Source: Paragordius varius (taxonomy: Eukaryota > Animalia > Nematomorpha). Taken from it: DNA of 64,000 nt. The stretch lies in NCBI GenBank assembly GCA_964247055.1, contig OZ176056.1, forward strand, positions 9,491,576 through 9,555,575, read 5' to 3'. The translations under genes and the position numbers were made by a program. Each line of letters begins with the position of its first letter. Within the stretch, counting starts at the first letter, position 1. This document shows positions 14,345 to 27,935 of the stretch, piece by piece. A model generated the notes under the pieces. That model made no database searches. It saw only the letters and a list, made by a program, of their open reading frames with translations, and was not told the DNA's origin.

Positions 14345-14470
14345 ATGAAAGTTATAAGCAATCTTGTTCTCCTTATTCTTCTAATTGTGATGATAACGGT
14401 TGGTGCTAGGTCTCTACCAGACCTTAATTATGACAAAGTATTTTTCATTTTTCTGTACTTTTAGATATAA
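14345..14470 (+). CDS. Candidate secreted micropeptide (32 aa), or first exon of an unresolved secreted-protein gene
   Basis: MKVISNLVLLILLIVMITVGARSLPDLNYDK, then GT...AG of 27 nt (14438-14464), then ATA TAA. Textbook signal-peptide pattern; no homology recognised. Confidence 0.4.
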
Positions 14471-14618
14471 AATAATGTTTTACCAAATGTTGGTTTATTT
14501 TCTTACTAGATATAGCGTGTGATTAAATATATTATATTTAAAAAACTTTTTGAATAGGGTAAAATCTTAAATATGGACTAGGATAGTTTTGGTTTCAAAT
14601 TTGATATATTTATATATA

Positions 14619-14973
14619 CCATTTACTATTTAAATTGACCTTTGAACAATTTAAAATCACCCTCGAACAAATCTTATTCACCCTTGAACCATTCAAATTC
14701 ACTCTAAAAATAGTTTGTTTTCGGGATAATCTAATTTCTGATTAATATGAAATATATTTTTAAGACATATTTTATTATTTTTCAGAATTATATTAATTTT
14801 AACAAGAATTTCATATTTTTAAAATATTATGAAATAAAAGTAACTTTTATCATAAAAACATACAATTTATTAAAGGAAAAATTTAAATAGAGTGATTTTG
14901 AATCGAAGGGTGGGGTGAATTGAATCGGTCAAGGGTGAGTTTGAATTGTTCGAGGGATTTGAACTGTAAATGG
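14619..14973. mobile_element. MITE with TATA|CCATTT...AAATGG|TATA ends and ~21-bp GGGTGAATTTGAATTGTTC subterminal repeats (subfamily B; also ~5364-5700, ~49090-49341)
   Basis: Inverted termini and inverted subterminal repeat arrays read directly. Confidence 0.65.
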
Positions 14974-15086
14974 TATAGTTAAAAACTCCAAATCGTTTAA
15001 ATTTAATATATATTGAAATAAAACCAAAAATGATTGATATCTATGATTTTTCTAGTCAACAGAGTATCTACCCCAAAATCCTTAAT

Positions 15087-15090
<4 letters not shown>

Positions 15091-15148
<58 letters not shown>
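15091..15148. repeat. (AT)n microsatellite (others at ~5697-5724, ~15803-15826, ~28004-28033, ~35180-35230, ~47831-47862)
   Basis: Direct reading. Confidence 0.95.
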
Positions 15149-15152
<4 letters not shown>

Positions 15153-16049
15153 TTAATGTAACATTTTAGTTAATACTACAAATTTTTGTGAGGCCCTTTT
15201 TTAAACGAAATCTTATCCCCTAATTCCAAGAAGTATATTTAATTACTAATATTACAGCTGGATGCAAATTAAAGCTCTGCAATTGAAGATTCGATAATTA
15301 GTTACAATAGAAATAAATGATTCACTAGTTGAAAGGCTAAAAATTATTATTTTTACAATTTATAATATATTTTAAAATTGACAATAAATTTTTAAATACA
15401 GCTATTTATAAACTTTGGATAATCCATGGGTATGTCTTATTAAAATATGTTTTATTAGGATATAAATGTTATACAGTATAAACAAATATGAGGAGATTTT
15501 ATTCTGTTACTAAAACGTAATACATGGGCTTTTGGTTATAGAGCGTAAGAGTCAAAAAGTTACATCAACTTATACTTTAATCGAAATAGCGAATATTGTT
15601 AAATGAATGCTCGAAGCACCTTGCCATATATCATTTATAACAAAACAATATTCTTCAGTTACGCATCTTTCAAATCCATTTAAAATTGGCCAGTGCCTTC
15701 AAATAATTTTAAGCAATGCTGAAATTATAATTTATGCGATTTTATTGCAAAAAAATCAATTATATTTTTGAAAGTCATGCTTTGTTAAATTAGAGTGTAT
15801 ATTATATATATATATATATATATATATTATTTGCATTTTTTGACATAAGTAGGTTTTTCTTGAAGTGGAGAACGTGCCAAATTACTGCTATCTAATAAAA
15901 TGTCATAAATTTTTTTTATTATTCTGTTAATTAGTTTACCTGATTTCACAATTAAGAATTTTCAAATATTTCACAAAACATATTTTTCGGATAAGCTTAT
16001 ATAACAAAATAAAATACATATGCATAATTTATGGTTGAATCAAAATTTA

Positions 16050-16350
16050 AAAATTTTAAAGACCAACTTGAAGTCTTCAAATACAAACTAGAATCGAAGG
16101 ACCAACTTGAACTGTTCAAGGACCAACTTGAATTGTCCAAGGACCAACTGAAATGTTCAAAGACACTCTTGAAGTGCAAATGGTATAGATAAAAGATAAA
16201 AACAATTCAAAAAATCAAAGGTTCGAAATGTTCAAGGATTAACTTGTTGAGATAAAGGACCAACTAGAAGTTTTTAACGACACTCTCGTAATGTCTAATG
16301 ACCAACTAAAATGTCCAAGCACACTCTTAAAGTGCAAACGGTGTATATGC
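16050..16350. repeat. Partial (right-end, doubled) copy of the 21-bp GGACCAACTTGAA repeat MITE
   Basis: Units GGACCAACTTGAA(C/A)TGTTCAA ending in CTCTTGAAGTGCAAATGGTATA, as at 32820-32975. Confidence 0.75.
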
Positions 16351-17214
16351 AAACTGGATATGTTTAGACAGCAAATATTGATTGCATTTTTTCATTATTT
16401 GTAACTCCAATATTGCACACTATTAAACGATTTTGCCTTATTATTGCAAAAATCGTTGTTGATTTATTGCTTTTTTGAAGGTATATTTCCTCCAGTTTAT
16501 AAGATAGTAAGCGCGTGATATTAGCTGTTCTAAAGAGAGATTGGTTTCTTTGGTTAGGGTTACCGATAAATGTTGCCTTTAAAATTAAATTATTAAGGTA
16601 ATATTATTTACTTCGTAGCCCTTTGATATTTTTTCAACAACGAAACACATAAATGCTTAATTCTTTATTATAACATTTACTTATACTGGCAGATATGGTT
16701 AAAATCGGTTTATTATGCCCTCGTCGCATATTTTCTTACTTTAAAGCTTTTCTTTATAAAGGAGAGTATTATCAAATCGTTTTGGAAAATTTATACGATA
16801 TTATATTATTAGTGTCGATTTTCCAAATGATTTAAATTCCATTTTATATATGCTATTTGAACTGTAACAAGGCTGGCTCGAAAACAAGCTAATTTGAATT
16901 AGAATATTTAGGCGTTAATTTTAGTGTTTCTGAGGGAGTTTGTTATATAAAAGCTGTTTAATGCTATGAAAAAAGTAATAAATTATTAATAACTTTTTTC
17001 GGCGAATTCATATTGTTTTTAACTATATATGCTTAGATATAATGAATATCTAACATTAAAAATAGATATTATTTTATTTTATACTAACAAATTTTGTGTC
17101 ATTGGCGATGAGAGAGATTGATTAAGATATTTTTACAAATTGGCACATTAGCCTGATATTTTTGATAAAACAAATTGAGTAAATTGCTCCAGTTTAAATA
17201 TTTCCACAAATATT

Positions 17215-18468
17215 ATGATTGTCAAGTCATATTCATTTTATCAAAATAATTCATGTTTGGAGACACAATTTTTAGTTATAAAGTGTACGAACGAAATTCC
17301 TTCCTGGCAATTGGAAATGCGAATATCCCAATTCGATACTTATTTACAAGTAGTAATTTGGCCGATCCTCTCCATAGTCGGCATCTTGGGCAACGCTTTA
17401 GGCCTCATAATATTGCGGCGAATACGAAGACATATGACTTTTCCAGCTACTCAGTCCTATTATTATTATTTATCAAGTCTGATTTGGATCAATTTTTGGA
17501 ATTCCATCCTGAGTGTCGTGCATGAAATGCGTCCGATATGGATGAAAATTCAGGGTTCTCCCTTTGTTGCTAATCCTTACCTTCTTAAAAGCGTTTATGT
17601 AGCACTAATGTTAACTAATGGCTTGGAAGTTGGACAAACAATTGTTTTAGCATTCATGTTAAGGGACCAATATATCTCATTGGTCCATCCTTTACAACAA
17701 TACAAACAATTCTGTGAAAAATATAGGGTACTTAAGTTCTCTATTCCATGGATGAGTTGTGTAATAGCTATCGCCTTTTCATTTACTACCCTTTTTTGGT
17801 ATAATGTAGAGAAATGTTTTAAATCTGATTACCCATTATTAAATGTTACGCAAGACAATCACTTTTATCATTTAACACTCGATTTGAAAGAAAGCATACC
17901 AAGTGAATAGGTATATTACTTTGATCGAGAAATATTTGTGCTGCATTGGGTAGCTTATTATGATATAATTCCTATGGCCCTTTTCTTCATTGTTCCCACT
18001 TTGATAATCCTGTTTTATGGCATAAAACTAACTTATCTGACAGGGTTGGTGCGACAGGACTCAAATACTCGTAAAAAATATCTTGGATTAAACTTTAAGT
18101 TTAAAGCAATGGAAACTTTACAAATTTATACTATAAATTTGAATTCTGTTAGAAAAAACCAAGCCAGTCAAAATAGCTTAACTAAAGAAGCGAGGAGATT
18201 ATCAACACTCAATAAAAACGATGAATTGCCACCACAGCCATTAATTTTCATTAGAAAAGATTTATCAAACCTTATCTTCTTTATATCTTATTGCATCTGT
18301 CAATTGCCAAATGTAATAATGATAACAGCTCGCGAACAAATACAAAATCCGACACTAATTTTGGTTTCGGACACGTCTGTTCTTATGCCTCACACTATGA
18401 TAATATTTGTTTACATGTTTTGCGACAAAAATTTTCACAAATATTTCCCGCACTATAAATTGATATAA
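17215..18468 (+). CDS. Class A (rhodopsin-like, peptide-receptor-type) GPCR with a single in-frame TAG at 17908-17910
   Basis: The two ORFs 17215-17910 and 17938-18468 share a frame. TM1 ILSIVGILGN, TM3 end RDQYISLVHP (ERY..V.HP-like), TM5 FFIVPTLIILFYG, TM6 YCICQLPN, TM7 TMIIFVYMFCDKNF. AATAAA at 18488. Status (pseudogene, readthrough or micro-intron) unresolved. Confidence 0.8.
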
Positions 18469-19799
18469 ACTGAATTTAACAAATTTGAATAAATATAGTA
18501 AAAGGTTTCAAGTTCACCAAAATTTGATGTGATTTTCTAGATAAAATCATCTCAAAAACATAAAATTTGAATTTTAAAAAGCATATTGTGCCAAAATATA
18601 TAGACGGGAAATCTTTTGACATCACGATACTTGTAGGTAATACCTATATTTAATCGTGAAAACACCTAATTCTAATAAGATTCCAATTGGGTTATAACCA
18701 TTTTAATTATCATGGCTAAAGGTTGACAGCTGCATATATTACAAGTTTATTAGAAAATATTTGTATTATGTATTTATTATGTTTAAACTCATTTGATCCT
18801 TATAATTCTAAGGTGAATTATAAATCTGTTCCTATTTCTAGTGAGTAATAACGTTACAGACTGACTTAATATACAAATATTATTATTAACTGGAATTATC
18901 GATTCGGAATTATAAATATTAGGATATAATCTGAATAATTATGAATTACCATTTCCATCCTTTATAAATTATTGGACCTAGTTTTTCAAAACGCTAAAAC
19001 AATTACTAATCATCATGCACTCATAAAATTGAAATTTACGGACAAAACGTAAAAATTTAGAAACAAATATTTTTTGTTAAGTCAACTTAATTTTTAAAAT
19101 TAATTCTTCCCTCCTAAACTCTAACAATATCGAATGAGACAATTAAATAAGAATTCTATTTTCTGTTAGCACGTAAAGCAATTAGTATTTAAAAAACAAT
19201 TTTAAAGTATAGTCCTGTCTGTATATTTATGCATTCAATCCGTAAAATTCCAATTTCTACTGTAATATTGTTTTTAAAAAAAGAATTTAAATTATACGGA
19301 AAAATGGTAAAAATATAAAAATTATCTTTAAATCATAACCATAATCTTTTACTGCTTAGTATTTGACATATAAACTCCCTAATTATAATTTAAAATGATA
19401 TAACAGAATTTAATGATGAGGTATTTTAAAAATTATTGAAATTGTTTGATTGTTTTTAAAAAAATTTTTACATTTTTATGTTTTGTCCGTATAATTTTGA
19501 TTTTTACTTTTTCTGCATAAAATAAAAGAAATAATATTTGTCTATAATTAAATTTTAATAAAAAAAATAAATATACACGAATGTTACTTCAAAAGTTAAA
19601 GTTTTTTGTCTATTATACAAAAAAATTAATACACCCAATCAAAATGGCATTCTTGAAATAATATAAAAATACATATCCTTATCTACAATAAACATAGGAA
19701 ACAGAATGGCAAATCATAATTTCGTAACATTAAATGCAATTAATTTTTTTTAATTGATAAATGTAATGATAATTTAACTAAAAATTGGATAGCGAAGAT

Positions 19800-19992
19800 T
19801 CAAGATTTTGGCTTCAGGAGTGTCCACATGCTTTCGGAGTGCTTGGATCAGGAATATTCAGTGTACGTCCTCGTTGATATGAAGGATTATGGTTTTTTCA
19901 GGTGAATCAGTAACATCGCTCTTGCAATCAATCGTAACAATTAGGGACAATAAAAGTGATACGATACCAAAAATATTTTTCTTCAAATTCAT
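19800..19992 (-). CDS. Candidate secreted micropeptide (44 aa unspliced, or 55 aa with a 25-nt intron 19842-19866)
   Basis: MNLKKNIFGIVSLLLSLIVTIDCKSDVTDSPEKTIILHINED, then either VH* or, after GTACAC...CCAAG, HSESMWTLLKPKS*. Signal-peptide pattern in a locally GC-richer patch. Confidence 0.4.
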
Positions 19993-22369
19993 AGTCTAGT
20001 TTTTTCAAAAGATTGTAAATTTAATCAAAAAAATATCATTTTTATAGCTTTTGTATGGTATGTTTGACCGGCGTCTTAGTATATTCTACATTTTCATATA
20101 ATGATATGCGAAGTAAATGTGTTCCAGGAAAACTAACTGCTTTGATAATATGTGTTACTGCCTTTAACGTCCTGACAAACAAAACTAGTTTAGTAAACTC
20201 TTCCTCAAAAGAGAAATTATCGCATTTGCGAATATTTAAATGTCTTGGGATGTGTTTCTAAAATATAGTTTTAGAGCTTATTTCCTTTTAAGGGCACATC
20301 TTCTATTTTAAATAATAAATACAATAAACTGCCTACTATTTATTACATAACTATATTATTACATACTTATTATATTTGTGACGAAGTAGTGATTGCGTTA
20401 GATATCTTATGACCTAATCGAAAATGTAAATTTTATAAAACAATTACATGCGTAATCAGTGACGAGTAATATCAAAATTTTGCTTATTGCCTTTTGAGGA
20501 AACATGTATTTAATTGAAACTATCAGTAATAATTATGTTATATAATAACAAAAAATTTTGACTTTTTTTTAAATACCAATCTTATAAATTCAAAATTTAT
20601 TTTATAATTATTCTAAAATTTTTTATTTTTAGGGTTTATCGAAAATTTTTGAATCCGATTTAACATTAAACTCGAAATTTTCGAAATTAACAGTACAGCC
20701 ATGTTATATATTATTCGGAAGAGCGCAAAAAACTGTATCTTATGTTAGTTAGTCATTAAACTATCTGATGTAATTTATTTGTGTTTATTGGTCAAAATTT
20801 TCCCTTTAATAAGTCAAAAATCTTTACAGGCAAACTAAATTGAAAATCATATATTTTATATAGTTATTAGAATTACCTTATTATAAATTTGTAAAAATAA
20901 TCTTTGGAAAAGCTTTTAGTTTGTTTTATTAATTAATTATTATCAAAATTATCCTAGTAGATACTAAAATGTATAGTTATAACTTTGAATTTATATAATG
21001 GTTATAAAAGAAGAATATCTTAACCGGCATTTTTAGTCTATAAAATTTAGATAAACTCTCTAAAGAAAATTAATTAATGTTTAGGCTGCTTTGAATGGCA
21101 TAAAAGCAATAAATAATTTTAATCCAAAAACTTTCATGTGTTACCTTTTTTTGGACGTTCATTGCCATCTAGACAAAGTCTAGCTATTTTCATCCATTAG
21201 TTTATAAAATAAATTAATTATGAAAAATGTTCTCGCTACGCGCGTTTGTCCCTTCCTGTGTCCAATATTAAGAATCGATGTAAAACATATAGGTATGCAT
21301 TTGAAGCTTTTAATCTTTGATATATTATAAATGTGCATTTGTTGTATATTTTTAAAGAAAAACATTTTTTAGAGCGCATAATCAAAAAAATTAATATTAT
21401 AATTTTTATTTCAGATTTTCTGTAAAAATGATAATAAATATTATAAAATTTCAAAAACTCGAGTGGCAGAAAAAATTGTTGCTTAATGTAATTAATCACA
21501 TGTTAAATAACAATTTGTGTTAAAATCAATAACGAATAAAATAATATTATATCAAGAATATAGGGAAATAAAACATTGATATTAATAAATAACTAGGTAG
21601 CCATTATTTATTTAAATGATCACACCATGAATAGTCCAATGCATAAGAATTGCATGCTGTTTTTGTTAAATTCCATATATAATTTTTATAAAAGCGCTCA
21701 AAATACAAAAATCAAAATTGTTATATATTTATTACTTTATGAAGGCTAAGTAATTGGCGCTTTAAAGTGAGACATAAGCTATATTCATATATAGTAGTTG
21801 TGTTTTGTTTTTACGTTTTATCCGTATTAATTTTTAACTTTAAAATTAAAGGAATTGTGGAAACGCATGATTAAAAATAATGAACCTATTTATTCTTGCG
21901 TGTTTTAAATGACATTTAAACCCCATCTGATATTCTTTATTAAACGAAATAATTCGCTACGTATCAAACATAATAAGGAAGTCTTTTAACGAATATAAAC
22001 TACAGTGGACGTTTTTATAATAATCCCTCCCTAATTTAACATTTTAAATAAAAGCGCCTATAAAGTAATTAGATTATACTGTTATTATAATGTATAACCA
22101 AATTTATTATGTTAAAGCTTTTCTTTGCTAGCTCCCTAACTAAATCATGTTGCTTATTAATTGAGCACGATTGGCCCTCTCAAAGCTAAATGGCTTATTA
22201 TTGCGGGCATTGTTGAGGGGCACTTAGCTGAACAGCTTGGTCTAGTTTCCATCAAAATTGACGACAAATCTTATACAGGTTTTTAATTTTAACACTTTCC
22301 TCGAAGTTTTCGGTTATTTTTAACTAAATTTCTGCTTGTTTAGTACTGTTAATCAAATTAATTTATTAT

Positions 22370-22820
22370 AAAAATGGAAAGTGGTGGCTTTGTGATCTGT
22401 TTCTGGAAAACCGGTAGATCCATTCAAATTTAATCGAAAAAATATAATCGTTAATGAATGCCCCGACAATCTCTTATCCTTTTTTTTGAATTAGGTCCCC
22501 AGTTCGGGCCCACCCAGTGTAATAAACGGGTTTTTTTATAACACAAGTCCACAAAAATCGTGTCTTTGAGGCAATTTTCCCGAAGACGGTAAAAAGCTGC
22601 TTAAAATATTACCCGTAACAAGGCACAAATTTAGATCGTGTTTTTAAAATTAGCCGTTAATTAGGCCCTTCACACCCTGAAAAATGCGCCACCATAGAAT
22701 GATTTTTTAATTTTGAGGCAATTTTTCTATAAACTATGAAAAATTTTATTCAAGCTCTTTTTTTGTATCAGCCTCTGGGTTAGGGGGCTACCTGCCAACA
22801 GCTGTACCACCATATCGATA
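22370..22820. repeat. Second copy of the dispersed repeat at 118-1100
   Basis: Collinear similarity by eye over several hundred bp. Confidence 0.7.
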
Positions 22821-23291
22821 CCGAGGGGTGAGCAATACTGCTTAAATCTTAAAAAACTTTGGTAGCAAAAACAATATATATATACTAAAAACAGTTTGCT
22901 TTTTTAATCCGAATAGATTAAAAAAGATTAAAAAGTGCTATATTAAAAACTATTTAAATCAATACGCTTGTAGATCTTTAACTAAAAATTTTATTTTAAA
23001 CATAATACACACACATTTTATGATATTGTTTTAATAGTTTTGAAAGCTAGCACGGCTTATGTCATATAAACTAAAATAATTTTGTATAAATTTACTTCTT
23101 TGGAGGCCGAATGGCCCAGGTTGGGGTTCAGTGGCCTCTGTTTAAATTAAAAAAAATTAATATGTATATCATAAATATAATTTAGGATCAGTAAAAAGCA
23201 CATATTAAAATTAAAACCAGATGACCCTTATATGGTATTCAGATATGGAAATATCAGAAACTAAAGAGGAAATAGATAAATTTTAATTCGA

Positions 23292-25560
23292 ATTTGGTTG
23301 GTTGGTTTTTCCTAAGTCGTAAACGACTTTTTGGATATAGTTTTAACTATTTCTTTCCATTTTTTTCTATCTTTAACCGCTATATTGAGCTCTTTCAGTG
23401 TCATTTTGGTCTCTTCTTTTATCATATCCAACCACCTCATCGGTGGTCGGCCTCGTTTCCTTTGCCCTTCTACCTTCCCAAACATTGTATCTTTCTCCAG
23501 AGAATTCGATCGCATGACATGACCAAAATATGTTAACTTTCTTTTTAAAATTATCTCCATGATGTTTGTTTTAGGTTTTATTTCTGTAGTTAGATTTTCA
23601 TTCTTAATTTTATCCTTCCTGGTGTATCCTAGCATCCTACGCCAGCAACTCCTTTCAAAAGCCATGAGCCTTTCTTTGTCCTTTTTTCTGAGAGTCCAAC
23701 TCTCACATCCATATGTGGTGACCGAGAGAACGAAACAGTAGAGTAATCTTTTTTTGGTTTCAACTCCTACGCTTTTGTTTTTCCAAATCTTTATTAATTT
23801 GATCATCGCTTCTCTACCCAATCCTATTCTCTTTCTGATGTCAGGAGTTGAAGACCCATCCTCTGGAATTATTGCCCAAAAACGTTAACTGTTTAACTAT
23901 TTCTATTTCTACTCCTTCTATTATAATTGTAGGCTTTTTTCCTGTACATAATATTTTGGTTTTGTTAGGATTAAGCCTAACATACCTCAAACTTTCCTTT
24001 CGAATCTCTACAATCAATTCCTTCAAATCATTTGCACTTTCAGCTATAAGAGTGGTATCGTCTGCAAATAAATTATTGATTGTTCTCCCTCCTATTCTTA
24101 CTCCAATATTTTTACCATCCAACTTCCTCATTATCATTTCTGTGCACATATTGAACAGATAAGGGGATAACCAACACCCTTGTCTGACTCCTTTCAAGAT
24201 TGGTATTTCATCTGTGTCCCCCGCTGGTGTTCTAATAATCGCTCTTTGTTTTACATACAGAGAGCTAATCAATCTTATTAAGTGAGACGATACCCCTACT
24301 AACTTTAATGATTCCCACAAGGAGTCATAGTTAATTTAATCGAATGCTTGTCTGTAATCAATAAAACACATGATAATTCTTTCTGGAACTCTTTTGATGT
24401 TTCCATTATCCTTTTCATGTTTGAGATATGGTCTCTTGTGCTTTTCCCTTCATAAATCCGGCTTGATTTTCTGGTATTTCTGTCTGTATGATACTGTGCA
24501 TTCTGTTTTGTATTACTTTTAGTAAGACCTTACTAGCGTGGCTAATAAGAGATATGTTCCGATAATTCTCGCATTGGAGTACATCTCCTTTTTTATATAT
24601 TGGGAGATATACAGATGATGTCCAGTCGTTTGGCCACTCACATGTTTCCCACACCTTTTGACATAACTGGTGTAACTTTTCAACGGGAATAGCTTTTATG
24701 AACTCTATTGGGATATTGTCTAATCCCATCGCTTTGTTGTTAGGAATTTGTTTTAAGGCTAATTCAACCTCCTCTCTTAATATATCTGGATCACGTTCTT
24801 CTTCTTTTAATTGCAACACCTTTGTTTGAGGAGCCTGATAGAGTTTTTGGGTGTATTCCTTCCATCTTTCTCGTACTTCTGTTTGTTTGCACAATATGGT
24901 GCTATTCTCTTTTTTAATCTTTTGTGATGATATAAAAGGTTTATGAGTCATTTGCTTCAGTTTCTGGAACATTGGTTGCATTAATCCTTTTTTGTTATTT
25001 AATTCCACTTCCAGACATTGTTTATTAAGAAAATCTTCGTAATCCTTCCTTGTTTGTCGTTGAAATTCTTTGTTATATAATTTTACCATTTTATTATCAC
25101 CTCTTGATTTAGCTTTTCTCCTCTTTTCTGCTATCTCTATACTCTTTTCTGATATCCATTTGTTATCTTTCCTCTTTACTCTCTGCACTTTTTCTTTTGC
25201 CACTTCATTAACAACATTTTTTATCGTTCCCCATAATTGTTCTGAGCTACATCCATTGTCCAATCTTCCTAATCTATCTTTGGTTTCTGTTCTAAAACTA
25301 TTTGGAATGTTCCGAGTGTCATATCTGTATATCTGTTTAACCTTATTTTTAATTATTTTAAGTTTGATTTTGGTTATTAGAAGCTCATGATCGCTAGAGC
25401 AATCGCTGCTTTTGCTTGTTTTGGTATCGATTATAGAGCTTTTCCATTTTTGAGGACACATTATGTAATCAATTTGATTCTTATATTTACCACATGGAGA
25501 GGTCCATGTGTATAACCTCCTATTGTGTTGTGGAAACCATGTGTTGGTTATCATTTTATG
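23292..25560 (-). mobile_element. 5'-truncated RTE (BovB-like) non-LTR retrotransposon: end of APE endonuclease, RT, 3' stem-loop and (AACC)n tail; frameshifted
   Basis: ORFs 24415-25554 (TWTSPCGKYKNQIDYI; NYRNISLISHASKVLL), 23841-24320 (GVRQGCWLSPYLF; NNLFADD) and 23312-23821 (YGCESWT; YFGHVMR; GRPPMRWLD). The 3' end reads AAGTCGTTTACGACTTAGGAAAAACCAACCAACC. Confidence 0.95.
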
Positions 25561-26004
25561 TAAATTAAATTGATTTATAATATTCCCGCCCTTAATATTA
25601 TTCTCAGAATTGTATGGACAATATTGGATAAGGTTATTCAGATCCTTATTAAAAAAATACCTTCAGTTGATAATGGATCCACCTTGGCCCCTGATAAAAA
25701 ATATATATTTAGATTTTATGATTTTTTATAAGTTCTAAATAAAATAAAAACATAACCCAATTTCCAAGAAGATAAGGTAAAATATTGTTACAAAATAATT
25801 TTCCAAATTTAAAAATTAAACTTGATAAATCAAGTACATTTTGTCCAAAAATTAATCCTAACTACGCGATTCCAATTGAGCCAATTCTACTCCATTTTCT
25901 ATATATGAAATTTAATTTTTTAATCAATCTATTAAAATTCCCAAAATATATTTTTAATAAATAATTCTGGGTATTTAACCAATACAAAATTTAATAATAT
26001 TTGG

Positions 26005-27212
26005 TGTGTATACTTATTTAAATATATATTTATAAAAAAATTTCTTTTCATGAGATAGCTTATGACCAGCGTATTCATTTGCCGCAAAAATTTTATTTGT
26101 TTACCACCTAGTTTTTATTGAGAAAAAATCTAAATCGGGCACAAAGTAAAAATTAAGGATAATAAATGATAATTTAAAAAATAATAAAAAATTTAAGATA
26201 TTATGTTTGATCATTTATTTAAGGAGATATTTTCTAAATATAAAAAGACTAAAATCTTATTTTCTAAATCTAGTTCAAAAAATGGCGTTTTTCTTTAACA
26301 CATTTAATTAAAATTTAATGAAACTTTATTTAAATGATTTTTTTTAATTATTTAGCGAAACCTATTTAAATCTTATTCATATTTTATTCAGTAAAAATTA
26401 CTTATATATCAAAACAACAAAAATTTGTTTTTTATTTTTGCATTTTTTTGTCATTTGGTTTATGAGTGTATAAATATATACTGTTTTATTTTGTTCTTAC
26501 ATGGGTGGGAATTATTAATTATATAATTTAAGCAAAATAATATAAAAGCAGTGGAATATCAACCAACACTTACAAATCCCTGCATTAAGTCTGTTTTATA
26601 ACAAATTAATATTTTTATTGGGATTTGTACGGATTGTGGGTTGATATTCCACTACTTTTAAATCCTATTTCGCATAAATTATATATACTTATTCGCACTC
26701 ATGTAAGATTCTAAAATAAAATAGTATAAATATATACTCAAACCATATGACAAAAAAATGTAAAAATAAAAAACATTTTTTGGTTTAATTTGATATATAA
26801 GTTTTTATGAATAAAATATGATTTTATGATTTTAGTGAGTTTAGGTAGTAAATAAAAAAATATATTAATGTAGTTTCATTAAAAAATTTTGTGTTTTAAG
26901 TGTGATAAAAGAAAAACACCATCTTTTGACCTGAAATTTTATGGAAACCCTAACTCTATGATTTTAGGCTATTTATATATTGAAAATATCTCCTAAAATG
27001 ATAATAAACGATAATATTTCAGATTTTATCATTATTTTTTGAATTATCCTAAATTATTCTTAATTTTCACTTTTGGCCCGATTTCGATTTTCTCTCAATC
27101 TTTCAAAAGCTAGGTTGTCAACAAACAATAATTTTTGCGGCAAATAAATTCGCTGGTCACAAGCTATCTCTAAAAAAAATTTTTGTTAAAAAAATTAACT
27201 TTTTGTACACAC
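26005..27212. mobile_element. ~1.2-kb foldback element (two ~580-bp inverted arms, centre ~26600)
   Basis: GAGATAGCTTATGACCAGCG...TTTGCCGCAAAAATT (~26052) is the reverse complement of ~27130-27170. The inner AAAGCAGTGGAATATCAACC pairs with GGTTGATATTCCACTACTTT. Confidence 0.8.
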
Positions 27213-27339
27213 AGTGTTGAATATATATCTAGAGAGTCACTATAATTACAATAAAACTCTTAGAAAGCACGATCCACGCGTATTTTAATATAAGTTATAA
27301 TATCAATAAATATAATTAATCAGTATTAACGAAAAACAG

Positions 27340-27495
27340 GCGGCCTAAAACGAAATGGAAAGATACAGTAAAAAGAGAGCTAGCAGAATACGAGCTTAAT
27401 GCAGAAGACGCCATAGATAGAGTTTTATGGCGAGACAGGTTGTATAACATGACCGCTCTCACGAGTGAAAACATGTAAAATAATAATACTAAAAA
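27340..27495 (+). mobile_element. Short 3' fragment of an RTE retrotransposon with (AAT)n tail
   Basis: RPKTKWKDTVKRELAEYELNAEDAIDRVLWRDRL matches the RTE C-terminal pattern GRP..RW.D......A.DR..WR. Confidence 0.75.
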
Positions 27496-27629
27496 CGAAA
27501 AACAACGTTTTTGATTAATCAAAGGAATTGAAAGAAATAATATATTTAAATTAATATATTTTAATTTTGGAATTTAAATCATATATTCATTAATTGTTTG
27601 CATTAGTTTATAAAATTAAAAATCTTAAG

Positions 27630-27935
27630 GAATTGGCGGAACCAGTTCACAAGAAAAACATCCTTTGTGGGAAATTATTAACCCTTAAAAATACAATAAG
27701 ATTTGGTCGTCGCATGATAAAAAATTAAAACCAATAGCAGATCTAATATTTCTCACATTATTATTGAAAAGCTGGACATACATGACGAACGATCAATAAA
27801 TCCTTTAAAAACTTCTCCAAACAAATATGTCAGACAAAATACCCATCTCTCTTATTTGGAGCAAAATTAATTCTGAAATGCCAATTGTCAATACGTCAAA
27901 AGCTCTCCTATTTTGGTCAAATTATGAGATCAAAA
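27630..27935 (+). mobile_element. Highly decayed RTE C-terminal remnant
   Basis: KSWTY and LSYFGQIMR correspond to CESWT and LTYFGHVMR in the 23.3-kb copy. Confidence 0.6.

Noticed and set aside
17908-17910. Genome-wide TAG reassignment (all five well-supported gene models end in TAA)
   Set aside because: No other internal TAG occurs in the well over 1000 codons modelled, and TAA preference is expected from AT bias.
22150-22270. GC-richer patch with ~40-codon open frames on both strands
   Set aside because: No motif or consistent gene structure.
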